Assembly (NCBI RefSeq): GCF_963921235.1
Contig: NC_086107.1
Span: 115,570,001-115,634,000 of the forward strand
Source: Mobula hypostoma
Taxonomy: Eukaryota
DNA length: 64,000 bases
Direction: 5' to 3'
Part shown: positions 14,678 through 29,600 of the stretch, piece after piece
Position numbering within the stretch: position 1 is the first letter of the stretch
How the letters are laid out: each line of letters begins with the position of its first letter
The notes under the pieces: model-generated
The model's database searches: none
What the model was told of the DNA's origin: nothing
What the model saw: only the letters and a program-made list of their open reading frames with translations
Translations under genes and position numbers: made by a program

Positions 14678-17600
14678 AGCAGGTCTGTGGAGGGGGTAAG
14701 GGATAGAAGGGGAAAGGGCAGATGGGGTTGGAGAGGGAGAGAATAGAAGGGGATGGAGACAGGCTGGGAGTGAACAATCTTCACACAAGTTGTTAAGACC
14801 CTCCCAGGTACATTCTATTTATGATAAATTGCACATTCAGACTGAGACGTAACATGAAGAGTTTTACTCCTCGTGTATATGAAGAATGTAAGGAATAAAG
14901 TGAATTCAATTCAATTAGGAATTGGGGGTCACAGGAAGAAGTGGGAGGGAGGAAAGCACAGAGAGAGACAGACAGTGGGGGAGAGGGTTGTAGGAAGATG
15001 GAAAGAGAGGAAGGGGAGGTAAGGTTTGGGCAAGAGGAGAGAGAAGTGGGAAGGAGGGAGAGGGGAGAGACAGATAGAGAGAGACTTGAAATTCTTACTT
15101 TTCACAGACATCCACAAAGCAAAAAAATGCCAAAGTATGAATGACAGAAACGTCATTCAGAAAAGCCCCCTCTCCCCACTTGCTCCAGCAAGAGCACCGA
15201 CGCACTCCCCCACCATACAAGCGGTGGAAAAGCCCCCCAGGAGACCCTGATCTGGAGTGAATCCGAAATCCATAACCCAACACTTTGGTATCTCAGACAG
15301 GCTCTCTCTCACTAGCAAGGGAGGGAGAGGTCGTAACAAACGAGTGCGGGAAACCAGCAGCTGACTGTTTCGATGTTATGGTCCGTCGCTACGCTTCTCC
15401 GAGTCCCCCAACTCGAGGATCGACAGGCTCTCACCCTCCATCGAGAGAGACGGGGGTGGGGGGGAATCACTCGAGTACAGAGGTCACCTTTCGCCTGCGA
15501 GGAACCGGGTCATCCACAGGGCCATACCCCAAAAGGTCTTCCAGGCCTCACCAGGAGATACCGAAGCGCCAGGCTGGGCTGTGAGCCCGAAAACGAGGAC
15601 GCACACGCACCACCCGTGGAGAACCGTTCATTGTCGGGTGCACGGGTCCACGCCTACAAACGCAACAGAAAACTTGCGTTGTAGACACACAGCGTCAGAT
15701 ACACAACATTCACAGGAAAACAAGCATCAATTAACACACAACTTTTACAAGAAACAACGTAATTACAACGAAAGCAAAACTCCATTGTAGCACAAAGTGG
15801 TCAGGGTGTTTCCGTACGGGGACAGTGACTCGGATTGGGCTGTTGGTTCAAGAAGTGAACGGTTGAAGGGAAGTCACTGTTCCTGAACCTGGTGGTGTGG
15901 GACATCAGGCTTCTGTACCTCCTGCCCAAGGGGAGGTGTTGGTAGAGGGTGTGGTCCGGATGCTGGGGATTTTGATGGTGGACGTTGCCTTCCTGAGGTA
16001 GCCCCTCCTGTGGGGACTAGTGATGGTGGGGCGGGATGTGCCCGTGATGTATCAGGCTAAGTCCAGCACTCTCTGCAGCTTCTTTCGTTCCGAGGCATTC
16101 AAATTCCCGTCCCAGACCATGATGCAGCAAGTCAGGACACTCCCAACAGTACATCTGTAGAAGTTTGTTCGAGTGTTTACTGACAAGACAAACCTGCTTA
16201 ATCTCCTCAGGAAGTAAAGATGCTGGTGTGCCTGCTTTGCGATTGCTTCCGTGTGATGGGCCCGGGACAGGTCACTCAATATGTCAGGCAGCATCTATGG
16301 AGAGGATTAAACAGTCCAAGTTTCAGTTTTCCCCCTTTATAGATGCTGCCTGATCTGCTGAGTTCATAGAACATATAGCACAGGCAAGCGGCCATTCAGC
16401 CTACAATGTTGTACTGAACCAATTAAATTGTTAATCAAATGACCAACCAAATTAATCTCTTCTGCCTACACAACGTCCCTATCCTTCCATTTTCCTCACA
16501 TTCATGTAGCTATCTAAATGTCTCTTAAAAGTCCCTGATGTACCTGCCTCTGTCCCAGGCACTCCATTCCCAGCACTCAACACTGTGTAGAAACTTTCCC
16601 CCCCACTTCCCCTTTGAACCTGCCCCCTCTCACCTTCAATGCATGCTGTGTACCTGCCTCTGTCCCAGGCACTCCATTCCCAGCACTCAACACTGTGTAG
16701 AAACTTTCCCCCCCACTTCCCCTTTGAACCTGCCCCCTCTCACCTTCAATGCATGCTGGTGTTAGACAGGTCAACCCTGGGAGAAATATACTCCCTGTCC
16801 ACTCTGTCTGTGTCTCTCATAACCTTATGAGCCTCTGTCGGATCTCCCATCAGCCCCTGATGCTCCAGAGAAAACATCCCAACTTTGTCGAACTTCTCGC
16901 TATAACACACGTCCTCTGAACCAGCCAGCGTCCTGGTAAACCTCTCCCACACCCCCTCCAAAGCCTCAGCATCCTCCCTATAGTGGAGTGACCAGAACTG
17001 TATGTAACATTTCATATTTGTGTTTTTATCCCATTACAAAGTACTTTGAACTATGTGATCTGTATAAAATGTGCTCTACGGATAGAAACATAGAAACACA
17101 GAAAATAGGTGCAGGAGTAGGCCATTCGGCCCTTCGAGCCTGCACCGCCATTCAGTATGATCATGGCTGATCATCCAACTCAGAACCCTGTACCTGCCTT
17201 CCCTCCATACCCCCTGATCCCTTTAGCCACAAGGGCCATATCTAACTCCCTCTTAAATATAGCCAATGAACTGGCCTCAACTGTTTCCTGTGGCAGAGAA
17301 TTCCACAGATTCACCACTCTCTGTGTGACGAAGTTTTTCCTAATCTCGGTCCTAAAAGGCTTCCCCTCTATCCTCAAACTGTGACCCCTCGTTCTGGATA
17401 TTAGTTATTACTATTGTATCCATTTCCTTAGAATAACGTACACACAACTAATGTCAGTCTCACCGGTTTATAATTTCACAGCTTATTCTTCGAAAATATC
17501 TTAAACAACGAAACAACATTGGCTATCCTGCAATCCTCCAGCACCTCAGCCCTGGTTAAGGACGTTTTAAATATCTCTGCTAGGGTCCCTGCACTTCCTG

Positions 17601-20600
17601 CGCTTGCCTCTCGCAGGCTTCGAGGGAACACTTTGTCAGGCCCTGGGGATTTATCCACCCTCATCTGCTTCAAGACAGTACACAGTCCATCACCCCAACT
17701 CTGTGTGCATCCCCAGAGTAAATATCAGATGCAAAATAAAAATGCATTTAACATCTCTCTTACTTCTGGGGTTTTCAGCCTTGCGAATGGTCCTGAGTGC
17801 ATTCAGCTCCAGCTCCCTAACCTGGTCAGTCAGGTGCTGAGACCAGATGCACTTCCTACAGATGTAGTGATCAGGGTACCCCGAAATCCCACATCTTACA
17901 GGCGCAGCATTCCACCAGCTTACCTGCCGTCCTGCCTACACTGAATTCAGGACAGCAAAAAAAAAAGTTTACCTGTGCCTTTTCCCTGAAACTTTTGAGT
18001 TTTGCATGAACCTAGGTCACTCATTTAGCCTCTTCTCACTGAGTTTGTTATACTTTTGTGCTAAGCTTCTTAAGATGAAATCCTACAATAAATGGTTCCA
18101 AATGACTCGGCAACTGAAGGCCTCCCACTCTAACCCTGGCCCCCTCCCACAATGGCCACTCCTCCAGCATTTTGTGAGCATTTCTCAAGATTTCCAGAAC
18201 AGCAAAATCTCTCGTGCACACGAGATGTTAACGCCCTGGGATTAAAGCTGCTTCCTCTCTTTTCCACCAGGAATTTATGGAGCCGGGACAACAGATGGGG
18301 TGGAATTCTTCTTGGGAGTGGGGCGGGATAACAGGGAAATAACTACTTTTGTTTTTCCGACAGAGAGGCAGCGAGCAGCACATCACACGAGGATTGCTCG
18401 GTTAATCAGGTAAGCAGGCAGAGAAAGTTGAACTGTGAGAGCCAGTGTGCCCCATCCAAAATTCACTGGTGTCCCAATTACCCCAATCCCAACTTCCACC
18501 ATCCCAATTACCCCAATCCCCACATCCACCATCCCAAATACCCCAATCCCCACATCCACCATCCCAAATACCCCAATCCCCACTTCCACCATCCCAATTA
18601 CCCCAATCCCCACTTCCACCATCCCAATTACCCCAATCTCCACATCCACCATCCCAAATACCCTAATCCCCACATCCGCCATCCCAATTACCCCATTCCC
18701 AAATACCCCAATCCCCACATCCGTCATCCCAAATACCCCAATCCCCACATCCACCATCCCAAATATCCCAATCCCCACATCCACCATCCCAATTACCCCA
18801 ATCCCAAATACCCCAATCCCCACATCCGTCATCCCAAATACCCCAATACCCACATCCGCCATCCCAATTACCCCAATCCTCATATCCACCATCCCAAATA
18901 CCCCAATCCCCACATCCGCAATCCCAAATACCCCAATCCCCACATCCGCAATCCCAAATACCCCAATCCCCACATCCACTATCCAGTGTACAGAGTTAAA
19001 TTTGACTCTTTGGGAAGACAAGGCAGGGTTGGATTGTTACGTCGAATGGCAGGGCCCTGGGGAGTGTTGTAGAAGACACGGAACTCAGGCTACACGTACA
19101 TGGAGTCACAGCAGTGAAGGTGTTTGACACACTCTACCTCAGCAGACTTCTTCCACCCCCTCTCCCAACCCTCTATCTGCTCTCTCCCACCCCCCCACCC
19201 CTCTCCCTCCCCCCCACCCCCTCTCCCAACCCTCTATCTGCTCTCTCCCTCCTTCCACCCCCTCTCCTCCCCTCTCCCCCTCTCCCTCTCTCCCCTCCCC
19301 CTCTACTCCCTCTCTCCCTCTCCCCCTCTCTCCCCCTCGCCCAACCCTCTATCTGCTCTCTCCCCCCTCCACCCCCTCGCCCAACCCTCTATCTGCTCTC
19401 TCCCCCCCTCCACCCCCTCGCCCAACCCTCTATCTGCTCTCTCCCCCCTCCACCCCCTCTCCCAACCCTCTATCTGCTCTCTCCCCCCCTCCACCCCCTC
19501 GCCCAACCCTCTATCTGCTCTCTCCCCCCCTCCACCCCCTCGCCCAACCCTCTATCTGCTCTCTCCCCCCTCCACCCCCTCGCCCAACCCTCTATCTGCT
19601 CTCTCCCCCCCTCCACCCCCTCGCCCAACCCTCTATCTGCTCTTTCCCCCCTCGACCCCCTCTCCCAACCCTCTATCTGCTCTCTCCCCCCCTCCACCCC
19701 CTCACCCAACCCTCTATCTGCTCTCTCCCCCCCACCCCCTCTCCCAACCCTCTATCTGCTCTCTCCCTCCTTCCACCCCCTCTCCTCCCCTCTCCCCCTC
19801 TCCCTCTCTCCCCTCCCCCTCTCCCCTCTCTCCCTCTCTCCCTCCTTCCACCCCCTCTCCTCCCCTCTCCCCCCTCCCTCTCTCCCTCTCCCTCTCTCCC
19901 CTCCCCCTCTCCCCTCTCTCCCTCTCTCCCTCCCTCCCTCTCCCCCTCTCCCCTTCTCCCCCCTCTCCCCTCTCCCATCTCCCTCTCTACCCTCTCCCCC
20001 TCTCCCCTCTCCCCCTCCCCCTCCCCATCTCCCTCTCTGACCTCACCACTCCCCCCTCATCTCTCTCACCCCTCTCCCCTCTCCCATCTCCCTCTCTACC
20101 CTCTCCCCCTCTCCCCTCTCCCCCTCCCCCTCCCCATCTCCCTCGCTGTCCTCACCACTCCCCCCTCCCCTCTCCCCCCTCCCCATCTCCCTCGCTGTCC
20201 TCACCACTTCCCCTCTCATCCCTCTCCCCTCTCCCATCTCCCTCTCTATCTTCACCACTCCCCCTCTCCCCTCTCCCCCTCTCCCCACTCCCCCCTCCCC
20301 TCCCCCCTCCCCATCCCCATCTCCCTCGCTGTCCTCACCACTTCCCCTCTCATCCCTCTCCCCTCTCCCATCTCCCTCTCTATCCTCACCACTCCCCCTC
20401 TCCCTCCCCCTCTCCCCACTCCACATCTCATCCCTCTCCCCTCTCTCCCCCTCCCATCTCCCTCTCTATCCTCACCACTCCCCCTCTCCCCTCTCCCCCT
20501 CCCCCTCTCCCCTCTCCCCCTCCCCCTCCCCATCTCCCCCTCTGTCCTCACCACTCCCCCTCTCATCTCTCTCCCCTCTCCCCCTCTTCCCCTCCCCCAT

Positions 20601-23600
20601 CTCCCTCGCTGTCCTCACCACTCCCCCTCTCATCTCTCTCCCCTCTCCCATCTCCCTCTCTATCCTCACCATTCCCCCTCTCCCCTCTCCCCCTCCCCCT
20701 CCCCATCCCCATCTCCCTCTCTGTCCTCACCACGCCCCCTCTCATCCCTCTCCCCTCTCCCCCCTTCCCCTCCCCCATCTCCCTCGCTGTCCTCACAACT
20801 CCCCCTCTCATCTCTCTCCCCTCTCCCATCTCCCTCTCTATCCTCACCACTCCCCCTCTTCCCCTCCCCCTCCCCATCCCCATCTCCCTCTCTGTCCTCA
20901 CCACTCCCCCTCTCATCCCTCTCCCCTCTCCCATCTCCCTCTCTATCCTCACCACTCCCCCTCTCCCCTCTCCCCCTCTTCCCCTCCCCCTCCCCATCCC
21001 CATCTCCCTCTCTGTCCTCACCACTCCCCCTCTCATCCCTCTCCCCTCTCTCCCCTCTCCCATCTCCCTCTCTATCCTCACCACTCCCCCTCTCCCCTCT
21101 CCCCCTCCCCCTCCCCATCTCCCTCGCTGTCCTCACCACTCCCCCTCTCATCCCTCTCCCCTCTCCCATCTCCCTCTCTATCCTCACCACTCCCCCTCTC
21201 CCCTCTCCCCCTCTTCCCCTCCCCCTCCCCATCCCCATCTCCCTCTCTGTCCTCACCACTCCCCCTCTCATCCCTCTCCCCTCTCTCCCCTCTCCCATCT
21301 CCCTCTCTATCCTCACCACTCCCCCTCTCCCCTCTCCCCCTCCCCCTCCCCATCTCCCTCGCTGTCCTCACCACTCCCCCTCTCATCCCTCTCCCCTCTC
21401 CCATCTCCCTCTCTATCCTCACCACTCCCCCTCTCCCCTCTCCCCCTCTTCCCCTCCCCCTCCCCATCCCCATCTCCCTCTCTGTCCTCACCACTCCCCC
21501 TCTCATCCCTCTCCCCTCTCTCCCCTCTCCCATCTCCCTCTCTATCCTCACCACTCCCCCTCTCCCCTCTCCCCCTCCCCCTCCCCATCTCCCTCGCTGT
21601 CCTCACCACTCCCCCTCTCATCTCTCTCCCCCTCACTCTCCCCTCCTCCTCTCTTCCCCTCTCATTCTCTCTCTCGCTGCCTTTCTCTGTCTTTGTGTCT
21701 CTCTCTTTCTGTTGCCTCCCTTTCCCTCTCTCACTTACTCTACCCCTCTCCTCCTCTTTCTCACCCACATTTGCAGCTCTCTCTCTTTTTCACCCTCTGT
21801 CACACACTCACTTTTTCTTTATCCCCCTCTCCTGCTCTCACCCACTTGTTTGCATCCTCTGTCTCTCCCTCACCCTCCCTCTGTCCCATCATCTCTCTCT
21901 CCCTGTCTCCCTGTCTCTCTCACAGCTCTCCCATTCGATACTCTCTCTCTAGAACCCCACAGACACGCCATTCCGCCCACGCGTACCGTACTAACAATCC
22001 CTGCACACTCTCACTCCGCAGCAGTTTCTTCCGGAGGAACGGCTATCAGGAAAACCAGGAGAATCCCAAGAATGGAAGCAGGAGTCTAAGAACCCGTCAC
22101 AGTGAGTTAAAAAGGAAAACAGCTTCCACATCTCCTTCACGCCATCCCTATGTACACCCCTCCCCGTCACCTTCACCCCCACACTCCCCGTCACCTTCAC
22201 CACCACCCTCCCCTACACCCCTCCCCGTCACCTTCACCCCCACCCTCCCCTACACCCCTCCCCGTCACCTTCACCCCCACCCTCCCCTACACCCCTCCCC
22301 ATCTCCATCATCCCCACCCTCCCCTACATCCCTCCCCGTCACCTTCACCCCCACCCTCCACTACACCCCTCCCCATCTCCATCATCCCCACCCTCCCCTA
22401 CATCCCTCCCCGTCACCTTCACCCCCACCCTCCCCATCACCTTCACCACCACCCTCCCCTACACCCCTCCCCGTCACCTTCACCCCCACCCTCCCCTACA
22501 CCCCTCCCCGTCACCTTCACCCCCACCCTCCCCTACACCCCTCCCCATCTCCATCATCCCCACCCTCCCCTACATCCCTCCCCGTCACCTTCACCCCCAC
22601 CCTCCCCTACACCCCTCCCCATCTCCATCATCCCCACCCTCCCCTACATCCCTCCCCGTCACCTTCACCCCCACCCTCCCCTACACCCCTCCCCGTCACC
22701 TTCACCACCACCCTCCCCTACCCCCCCACCCAGCCCTACACCCCTCCCCGTCACCTTCACCACCACCCTCCCCTACACCCCTCCCCGTCACCTTCACCCC
22801 CACCCTCCCCTACACCCCTCCCCATCACCTTCACCACCACCCTCCCCTACACCCCTCCCCGTCACCTTCACCCCCACCCTCCCCTACACCCCTCCCCGTC
22901 ACCTTCACCCCCACCCTCCCCTACACCCCTCCCCGTCACCTTCACCCCCACACTCCCCTACACACCTCCCCGTCACTTTCACCCCCACCCTCCCCTACAC
23001 CCCTCCCTGTCACCTTCACCCCCACCCTCCCCTACACCCCTCCCCGTCACCTTCACCCCCACCCTCCCCTGCACCCCTCCCCGTCACCTTCACCCCCACT
23101 CTCCCCTGCACCCCTCCCCGTCACCTTCACCCCCACTCTCCCCTGCACCCCTCCCCGTCACCTTCACCCCCACTCTCCCCTACACCCCTCCCCGTCACCT
23201 TCAGCCCCACCTTCCACTACACCCCTCCCCGTCACCTTCACTCCCCCATCTCCATCACCCCCACCCTCCCCTACAACCCTCCCCGTCACCTTCAACCCCA
23301 CCCTCCCCTACACCCCTCCCGGTCACCTTCACCGCCACCCTCCCCTACACCCCTCCCCTTCACCTTCACCCCCAACCTCCCCTACACCCCTCCCCGTCAC
23401 CTTCACCACCACCCTCCCCTACACCCCTCCCCGTCACCTTCACCCCCACCCTCCCCTACACCCCTCCCCGTCACCTTCACCCCCACCCTCCCCTACACCC
23501 CTCCCCGTCACCTTCACCCCCAACCTCCCCTACACCCCTCCCCGTCACCTTCACCACCACCCTCCCCTACACCCCTCCCCGTCTCCTTCACCCCCACCCT

Positions 23601-26600
23601 CCCCTACACCCCTCCCCATCACCTTCACCCCCACGCTCCACTACACCCCTCCCCGTCACCTTCACCCCCACCCTCCCCTACACCCCTCCCCATCTCCATC
23701 ACCCCCACCCTCCCCTACACCCGTCCCCATCACCTTCACCCCCACCCTCCCCTACACCCCTCCCCATCACCTTCACCCCCACCCTCCACTACACCCCTCC
23801 CCGTCACCTTCACCCCCACCCTCCCCTACACCCCTCCCCATCACCTTCACCCCCACCCTCAACTACACCCCTCCCCATCTCCATCACCCCACCCTCCCCT
23901 ACAACCCTCCCCGTCACCTTCACTCCCACCCTCCACTACGCCCCTCCCCGTCACCTTCACCACCACCCTCCCCTACACCCCTCCCCGTCAGCTTCACCCC
24001 CACCCTCCCCTACACCCCTCCCTGTCACCTTCACCCCCAACCTCCCCTACACCCCTCCCCGTCACCTTCACCCCCACCCTCCCCTACACACCTCCCCATC
24101 ACCTTCACCCCCACCCTCCCCTACACCCCTCCCCGTCACCTTCACCCCCACCCTCCACTACACCCCTCCCCGTCACCTTCACCCCCACCCTCCCCTACAC
24201 ACCTCCCCATCACCTTCACCCCCACCCTCCCCTACACCCCTCCCCATCTCCATCACCCCCACCCTCCACTACACTCCTCCCCGTCACCTTCACCCCCACC
24301 CTCCCCTACACACCTCCCCATCACCTTCACCCCCACCCTCCCCTACACCCCTCCCCGTCACCTTCACCCCCACCCTCCCCTACAACCCTCCCCGTCACCT
24401 TCACCCCCACCCTCCCCTACACACCTCCCCATCACCTTCACCCCCACCCTCCCCTACACCCCTCCCCGTCACCTTCACCCCCACCCTCCCCTACACCCCT
24501 CCCCGTCACCTTCACCCCCACCCTCCACTACACCCCTCCCCGTCACCTTCACCCCCACCCTCCCCTACACACCTCCCCATCACCTTCACCCCCACCCTCC
24601 CCTACACCCCTCCCCATCTCCATCACCCCCACCCTCCACTACACCCCTCCCCATCACCTTCACCCCCACACTCCCCTACACCCCTCCCCATCTCCATCAC
24701 CCCCAGCCTTCCCTACACCCCTCCCGTCTCCATCACCCCCACCCTCCACTACAAACCTCCCCATCTCCATCACCACCACCCTCCACTACACCCCTCCGCA
24801 TCTCCATCACCCCCCTCCCCTACACCCCTCCCCGTCACCTTCACCCCCACCCTCCCCTACACCCCTCACTGTCACCTTCACCCCCACCCTCCTTTGCACC
24901 CCTCCCCGTCACCTTCACCCCCACCCTCCCCTACACCCCTCCCCGTCACCTTCACCCCCACCCTCCCCTGCACCCCTCCCCGTCACCTTCACCACCACCC
25001 TCCCCTACATCCCTCCCTGTCGCCTTCACCCCCAACCTCCCCTACACCCCTCCCCGTCACCTTCACCACCACCCTCCCCTACACCCCTCCCCCTCTCCAT
25101 CACCCCCACCCTCCACTACACCCCTCCCCATCTCCATCACCCCCACCCTCCACTACGCCCCTCCCCGTCACCTTCACCACCACCCTCCCCGTCACCTTCA
25201 CCCCCACCCTCCACTACACCCCTCCCCGTCAGCTTCACCCCCACCCTCCCCTACAACCCTCCCCGTCACCTTCACCCCCACCCTCCACTACACCCCTCCC
25301 CGTCAGCTTCACCCCCACCCTCCCCTACACCCCTCCCTGTCACCTTCAGCCCCAACCTCCCCTACACCCCTCCCCGTCACCTTCACCACCACCCTCCCCT
25401 ACACACCTCCCCATCACCTTCACCCCCACCCTCCCCTACACCCCTCCCCGTCACCTTCACCCCCACCCTCCACTACACCCCTCCCCGTCACCTTCACCCC
25501 CACCCTCCCCTACACACCTCCCCATCACCTTCACCCCCACCCTCCACTACACTCCTCCCCGTCACCTTCACCCCCACCCTCCCCTACACACCTCCCCATC
25601 ACCTTCACCCCCACCCTCCCCTACACCCCTCCCCATCTCCCTCACCCCCACCCTCCACTACACCCCTCCCCATCTCCGTCACCTCTTCCCTCCCCCACAT
25701 CCCTCCCCACCTGCCCTTCTCTCCCCCACGCCCCTCCCCGTCTCCATCACCCCCACCCTCCCCTACACCCCTCCCTGTCACCTTCACCCCCAACCTCCCC
25801 ATCTCCATCACCCCCACCCTCCCCTACACCCCTCCCCGTCACCTTCACCACCACCCTACCCTACACCCCTCCCCGTCACCTTCACCCCCACCCTCCACTA
25901 CACCCCTCCCCGTCACCCTCACCCCCACCCTCCCCTACACCCCTCCCTGTCTCCATCACCCCCTCTCTCCCCCACATCCCTCCCCATCTCCGTCACCCCC
26001 ACCCTCCCCTACACCCCTCCCCATCTCCATCACCCCCCCTCTGCTACACCCCTCCCGTCTCCGTCACCCCCTCCCTCCCCTACACCCCTTCCCATCTCCA
26101 TCACCCCCTCCCTCCCCATCTCCATCACCCCTACCCTCCACTACACCCCTCCCCATCTCCATCACCCCTTCTCTACCCCACACCCCTCCCCGTCTCCGTC
26201 ACCCCCTCCCTCCCCTACACCCCTCCCCATCTCCATCACCCCCCTCTCCCCTACACCCCTCCTCGTCTCCGTCACCCCCACCCTCCCCTACACCCCTCCT
26301 GTTTCTGTCAACCCCTCCCATCGCTAAATTCTTCCCCATCTCTGTCAACCCAGCCCTCCACTACACCCCTCCCCGTCTCCATCACCCCCATCCTCCACTG
26401 CACCCCTCCCCATCTCCATCACCCCCACCCTCCCCTACACCCCTCCCCGTCTCCATCACCCCCACCCTCCACTGCACCCCTCCCCATCTCCATCACCCCC
26501 ACCCTCCCCTACACCCCTCCCCATCTCCATCACCCCACTCTCCACTACACCCCTCTCCATCTCCATCATCCCCTCTCTCCGCTACACCCCTCCCCGTCTC

Positions 26601-29600
26601 TGTCACATCTTCCTTCCCCTACACCCCTCCCCGTCTCCATCACCCCCACCCTCCACTACACCCCTCTCCATCTCCATCACCCCCCTCCCCTACACCCCTC
26701 CTGTTTCCGTCACCCCCTCCCATTGCTTAATTCTTCCCCATCTCTGTCAACCCTGTCCTCCCTCCCCTACACCCATCCCCGTCTACATCAATCCCTCCCT
26801 GTCTGCATCACTCCCACCTTCCCCTACAAGCCTCCCCGTCACCACCACTCTCACCCTACCCTATACCCATCCCTGTCTACGTCACCCTAATCTCCCCCAT
26901 ACCCCTCCCTGTCTCCATCACTCCCATGCTACCCGACACCCATCCCCATCTCCATCAATCCCTCCCTGTCTGCATCACTCCCACCCTCCCCACACCTCTG
27001 TCCATCTCCGTCACCCCCTCCCTCCCCTACACCCCTCCCCGTCTCTGTCACCCCCTCCCTTCCCTACACCCCTCCATTTCACAACCCCTTTCTCCTCTCC
27101 ACACCTCCTCATCTTCTGAACCCCTCCCTCCCCTACAACCTTCCTGCCCCTACACCCCTCCCTGTCCCTTCACTCCAACTCTCCCATTTCCTGTTGCCAT
27201 CATCCCCTCCCACCCATGCACAGTCCCATGTCTATGGTAACTAAACCCTCGCCTGCATACCTCGATGTATCCAGGGTGTCGGTATTTACAGGGGGGTCCC
27301 GGGGGGTGTGTCAGTATTTTCAGGGGGTCCCGGGGAGTGTGTCGGTATTTACAGGGGGTCCCGGGGAGTGTGTCAGTATTTACAGGGGGTCCCGGGGAGT
27401 GTGTCGGTATTTACAGGGGGTCCCGGGGAGTGTGTCAGTATTTACAGGGGGTCCCGGGGAGTGTGTCTGTATTTCCAGGGGGTCTCGGGGAGTGTGTCTG
27501 TATTTACAGGGGGTCCTGGGGAGTGTGTCAGTATTTACAGGCTGTCCCGGGGAGTGTGTCTGTATTTACAGGAGGTCCCGGGGAGTGTCAGTATTTACAG
27601 GGGTCCCGGGGAGTGTCAGTATTTACAGGGGTCCCGGGGAGTGTGTCTGTATTTACAGGGGGTCCCGGGGAGTGTGTCTGTATTTGCATGGGGTCCTGGG
27701 GAGTGTGTCAGTATTTACAGGGGGTCCCGGGGAGTGTGTCAGTATTTACAGGGGGTCCCGGGGAGTGTGTCAGTATTTACAGGGCGTCCCGGGGAGTGTG
27801 TCGGTATTTACAGGGGGCCCCGGGGAGTGTGTCAGTATTTACAGGAGGTCCTGGGGAGTGTCTGTATTTACAGGGGATCCTGGGGAGTGTGTCTGTATTT
27901 ACAGGGGATCCCGGGGAGTGTGTCAGTATTTACAGGGGATCTGGGGAGTGTGTCTGTATTTACAGGGGGTCCCGGGGAGTGTGTCAGTATTTACAGGGGG
28001 TCCCGGGGAGTGTGTCTGTATTTACAGGGGTCCCGGGGAGTGTGTCTGTATTTACTGGGGGTCCCGGGGAGTGTGTCAGTATTTACAGGGGGTCTCGGGG
28101 AGTGTGTCAGTATTTACAGGGGGTCCCGGGGAGTGTGTCAGTATTTACAGGGCGTCCCGGGGAGTGTGTCGGTATTTACAGGCGTCCTGGGGAGTGTGTC
28201 TGTATTTACAGGGGGCCCCGGGGAGTGTGTCAGTATTTACAGGAGGTCCTGGGGAGTGTGTCTGTATTTACAGGGGATCCTGGGGAGTGTGTCAGTATTT
28301 ACAGGGGATCCCGGGGAGTGTGTCTGTATTTACAGGGGATCCCGAGGAGTGTGTCTGTATTTACAGGGGGTCCCGGGGAGTGTGTCAGTATTTACAGGGG
28401 GTCCCGGGGAGTGTGTCTGTATTTACAGGGGTCCCGGGGAGTGTGTCAGTATTTACAGGGGATCCCGGGGAGTGTGTCAGTATTTACAGGGGGTCCCGGG
28501 GAGTGTGTCAGTATTTACAGGGGATCCTGGGGAGTGTGTCAGTATTTACAGGGAGTCTCGGGGAGTGTGTCAGTATTTACAGGGGGTCTCGGGGAGTGTG
28601 TCAGTATTTACAGGGGGTCCCGGGGAGTGTGTCAGTATTTACAGGGGGTCCCGGGGAGTGTGTCGGTATTTACAGGGGGTCCCGGGGAGTGTGTCGGTAT
28701 TTACAGGCATCCTGGGGAGTGTGTCTGTATTTACAGGGGGCCCCGGGGAGTGTGTCAGTATTTACAGGGGGTCCCGGGGAGTGTGTCAGTATTTACAGGG
28801 GATCCTGGGGAGTGTGTCAGTGTTTACAGGGGGTCCCAGGGAGTGTGTCAGTATTTACAGGGGGCCCCGGGGAGTGTGTCAGTATTTACAGGAGGTCCTG
28901 GGGAGTGTCTGTATTTACAGGGGATCCCGGGGAGTGTGTCAGTATTTACAGGGGGTCCCGGGGAGTGTGTCAGTATTTACAGGGGATCCTGGGGAGTGTG
29001 TCAGTGTTTACAGGGGGTCCCAGGGAGTGTGTCTGTATTTATAGTGCCTGAATTTAGTTTCTGTTCTGTGTAGTTTTTTTAGAAGGAGGGGCATCTATAT
29101 TTGTGATCCATGGCATGTTCTCGCTTTTTCGTAAGTGATGGGGGTGGTGCCAAGGGACCTGGGCAGCCAAGTGCGAGGATGCTCCACGGGACGACAATAG
29201 CGAGGGGGGAGTATGCACGACAGGAGCTGAGCAGTGAGGAAGTGGGGAGGTTGTCACGGGAGAGGTATGGTTCGGAGGGAGGTAATGTTACTGGGGAGGG
29301 GCAGCGGCGATGGATGGAGGGAGTGTCGTGACATGGGGGTGACGAGGAGGGAGTGTGCACAGCACTTGCATGTTTGCATGTTGGGTTGAGGCCGAGGGTT
29401 TTGTTAGGGGAAGTGGAGAGTTGAAGACGTATCCCTGGAGACCACCTCCTCAACACCCCCCCCCCACCCATCCCAGGACGATTCTGAACTGATCTACCTT
29501 CTTCCCGAAGGAACCTCTGTCACCACTGGCTCCGGCTCGACCTGGTACGAGAATGTGGGATCTTTCGACAGTCAAGGAGGAGGTGTACAGGAAGATGCCA

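Noticed and set aside
27224..27245. Possible micro-exon after cacag reading SHVYGN (like CD19 YGN)
   Set aside because: The phase-1 frame hits TAA, the YGN frame stops at once, and the 13-nt version breaks phase.
19114..29073. Long ORFs over the 40-, 37- and 31-bp arrays
   Set aside because: Satellite translation artefacts; only the small exon C inside 21693..26327 is credible.
29477..29510. Upstream acceptor for exon D (cccag|GACGAT)
   Set aside because: Would need a phase 0 intron, but exon C ends in phase 1.
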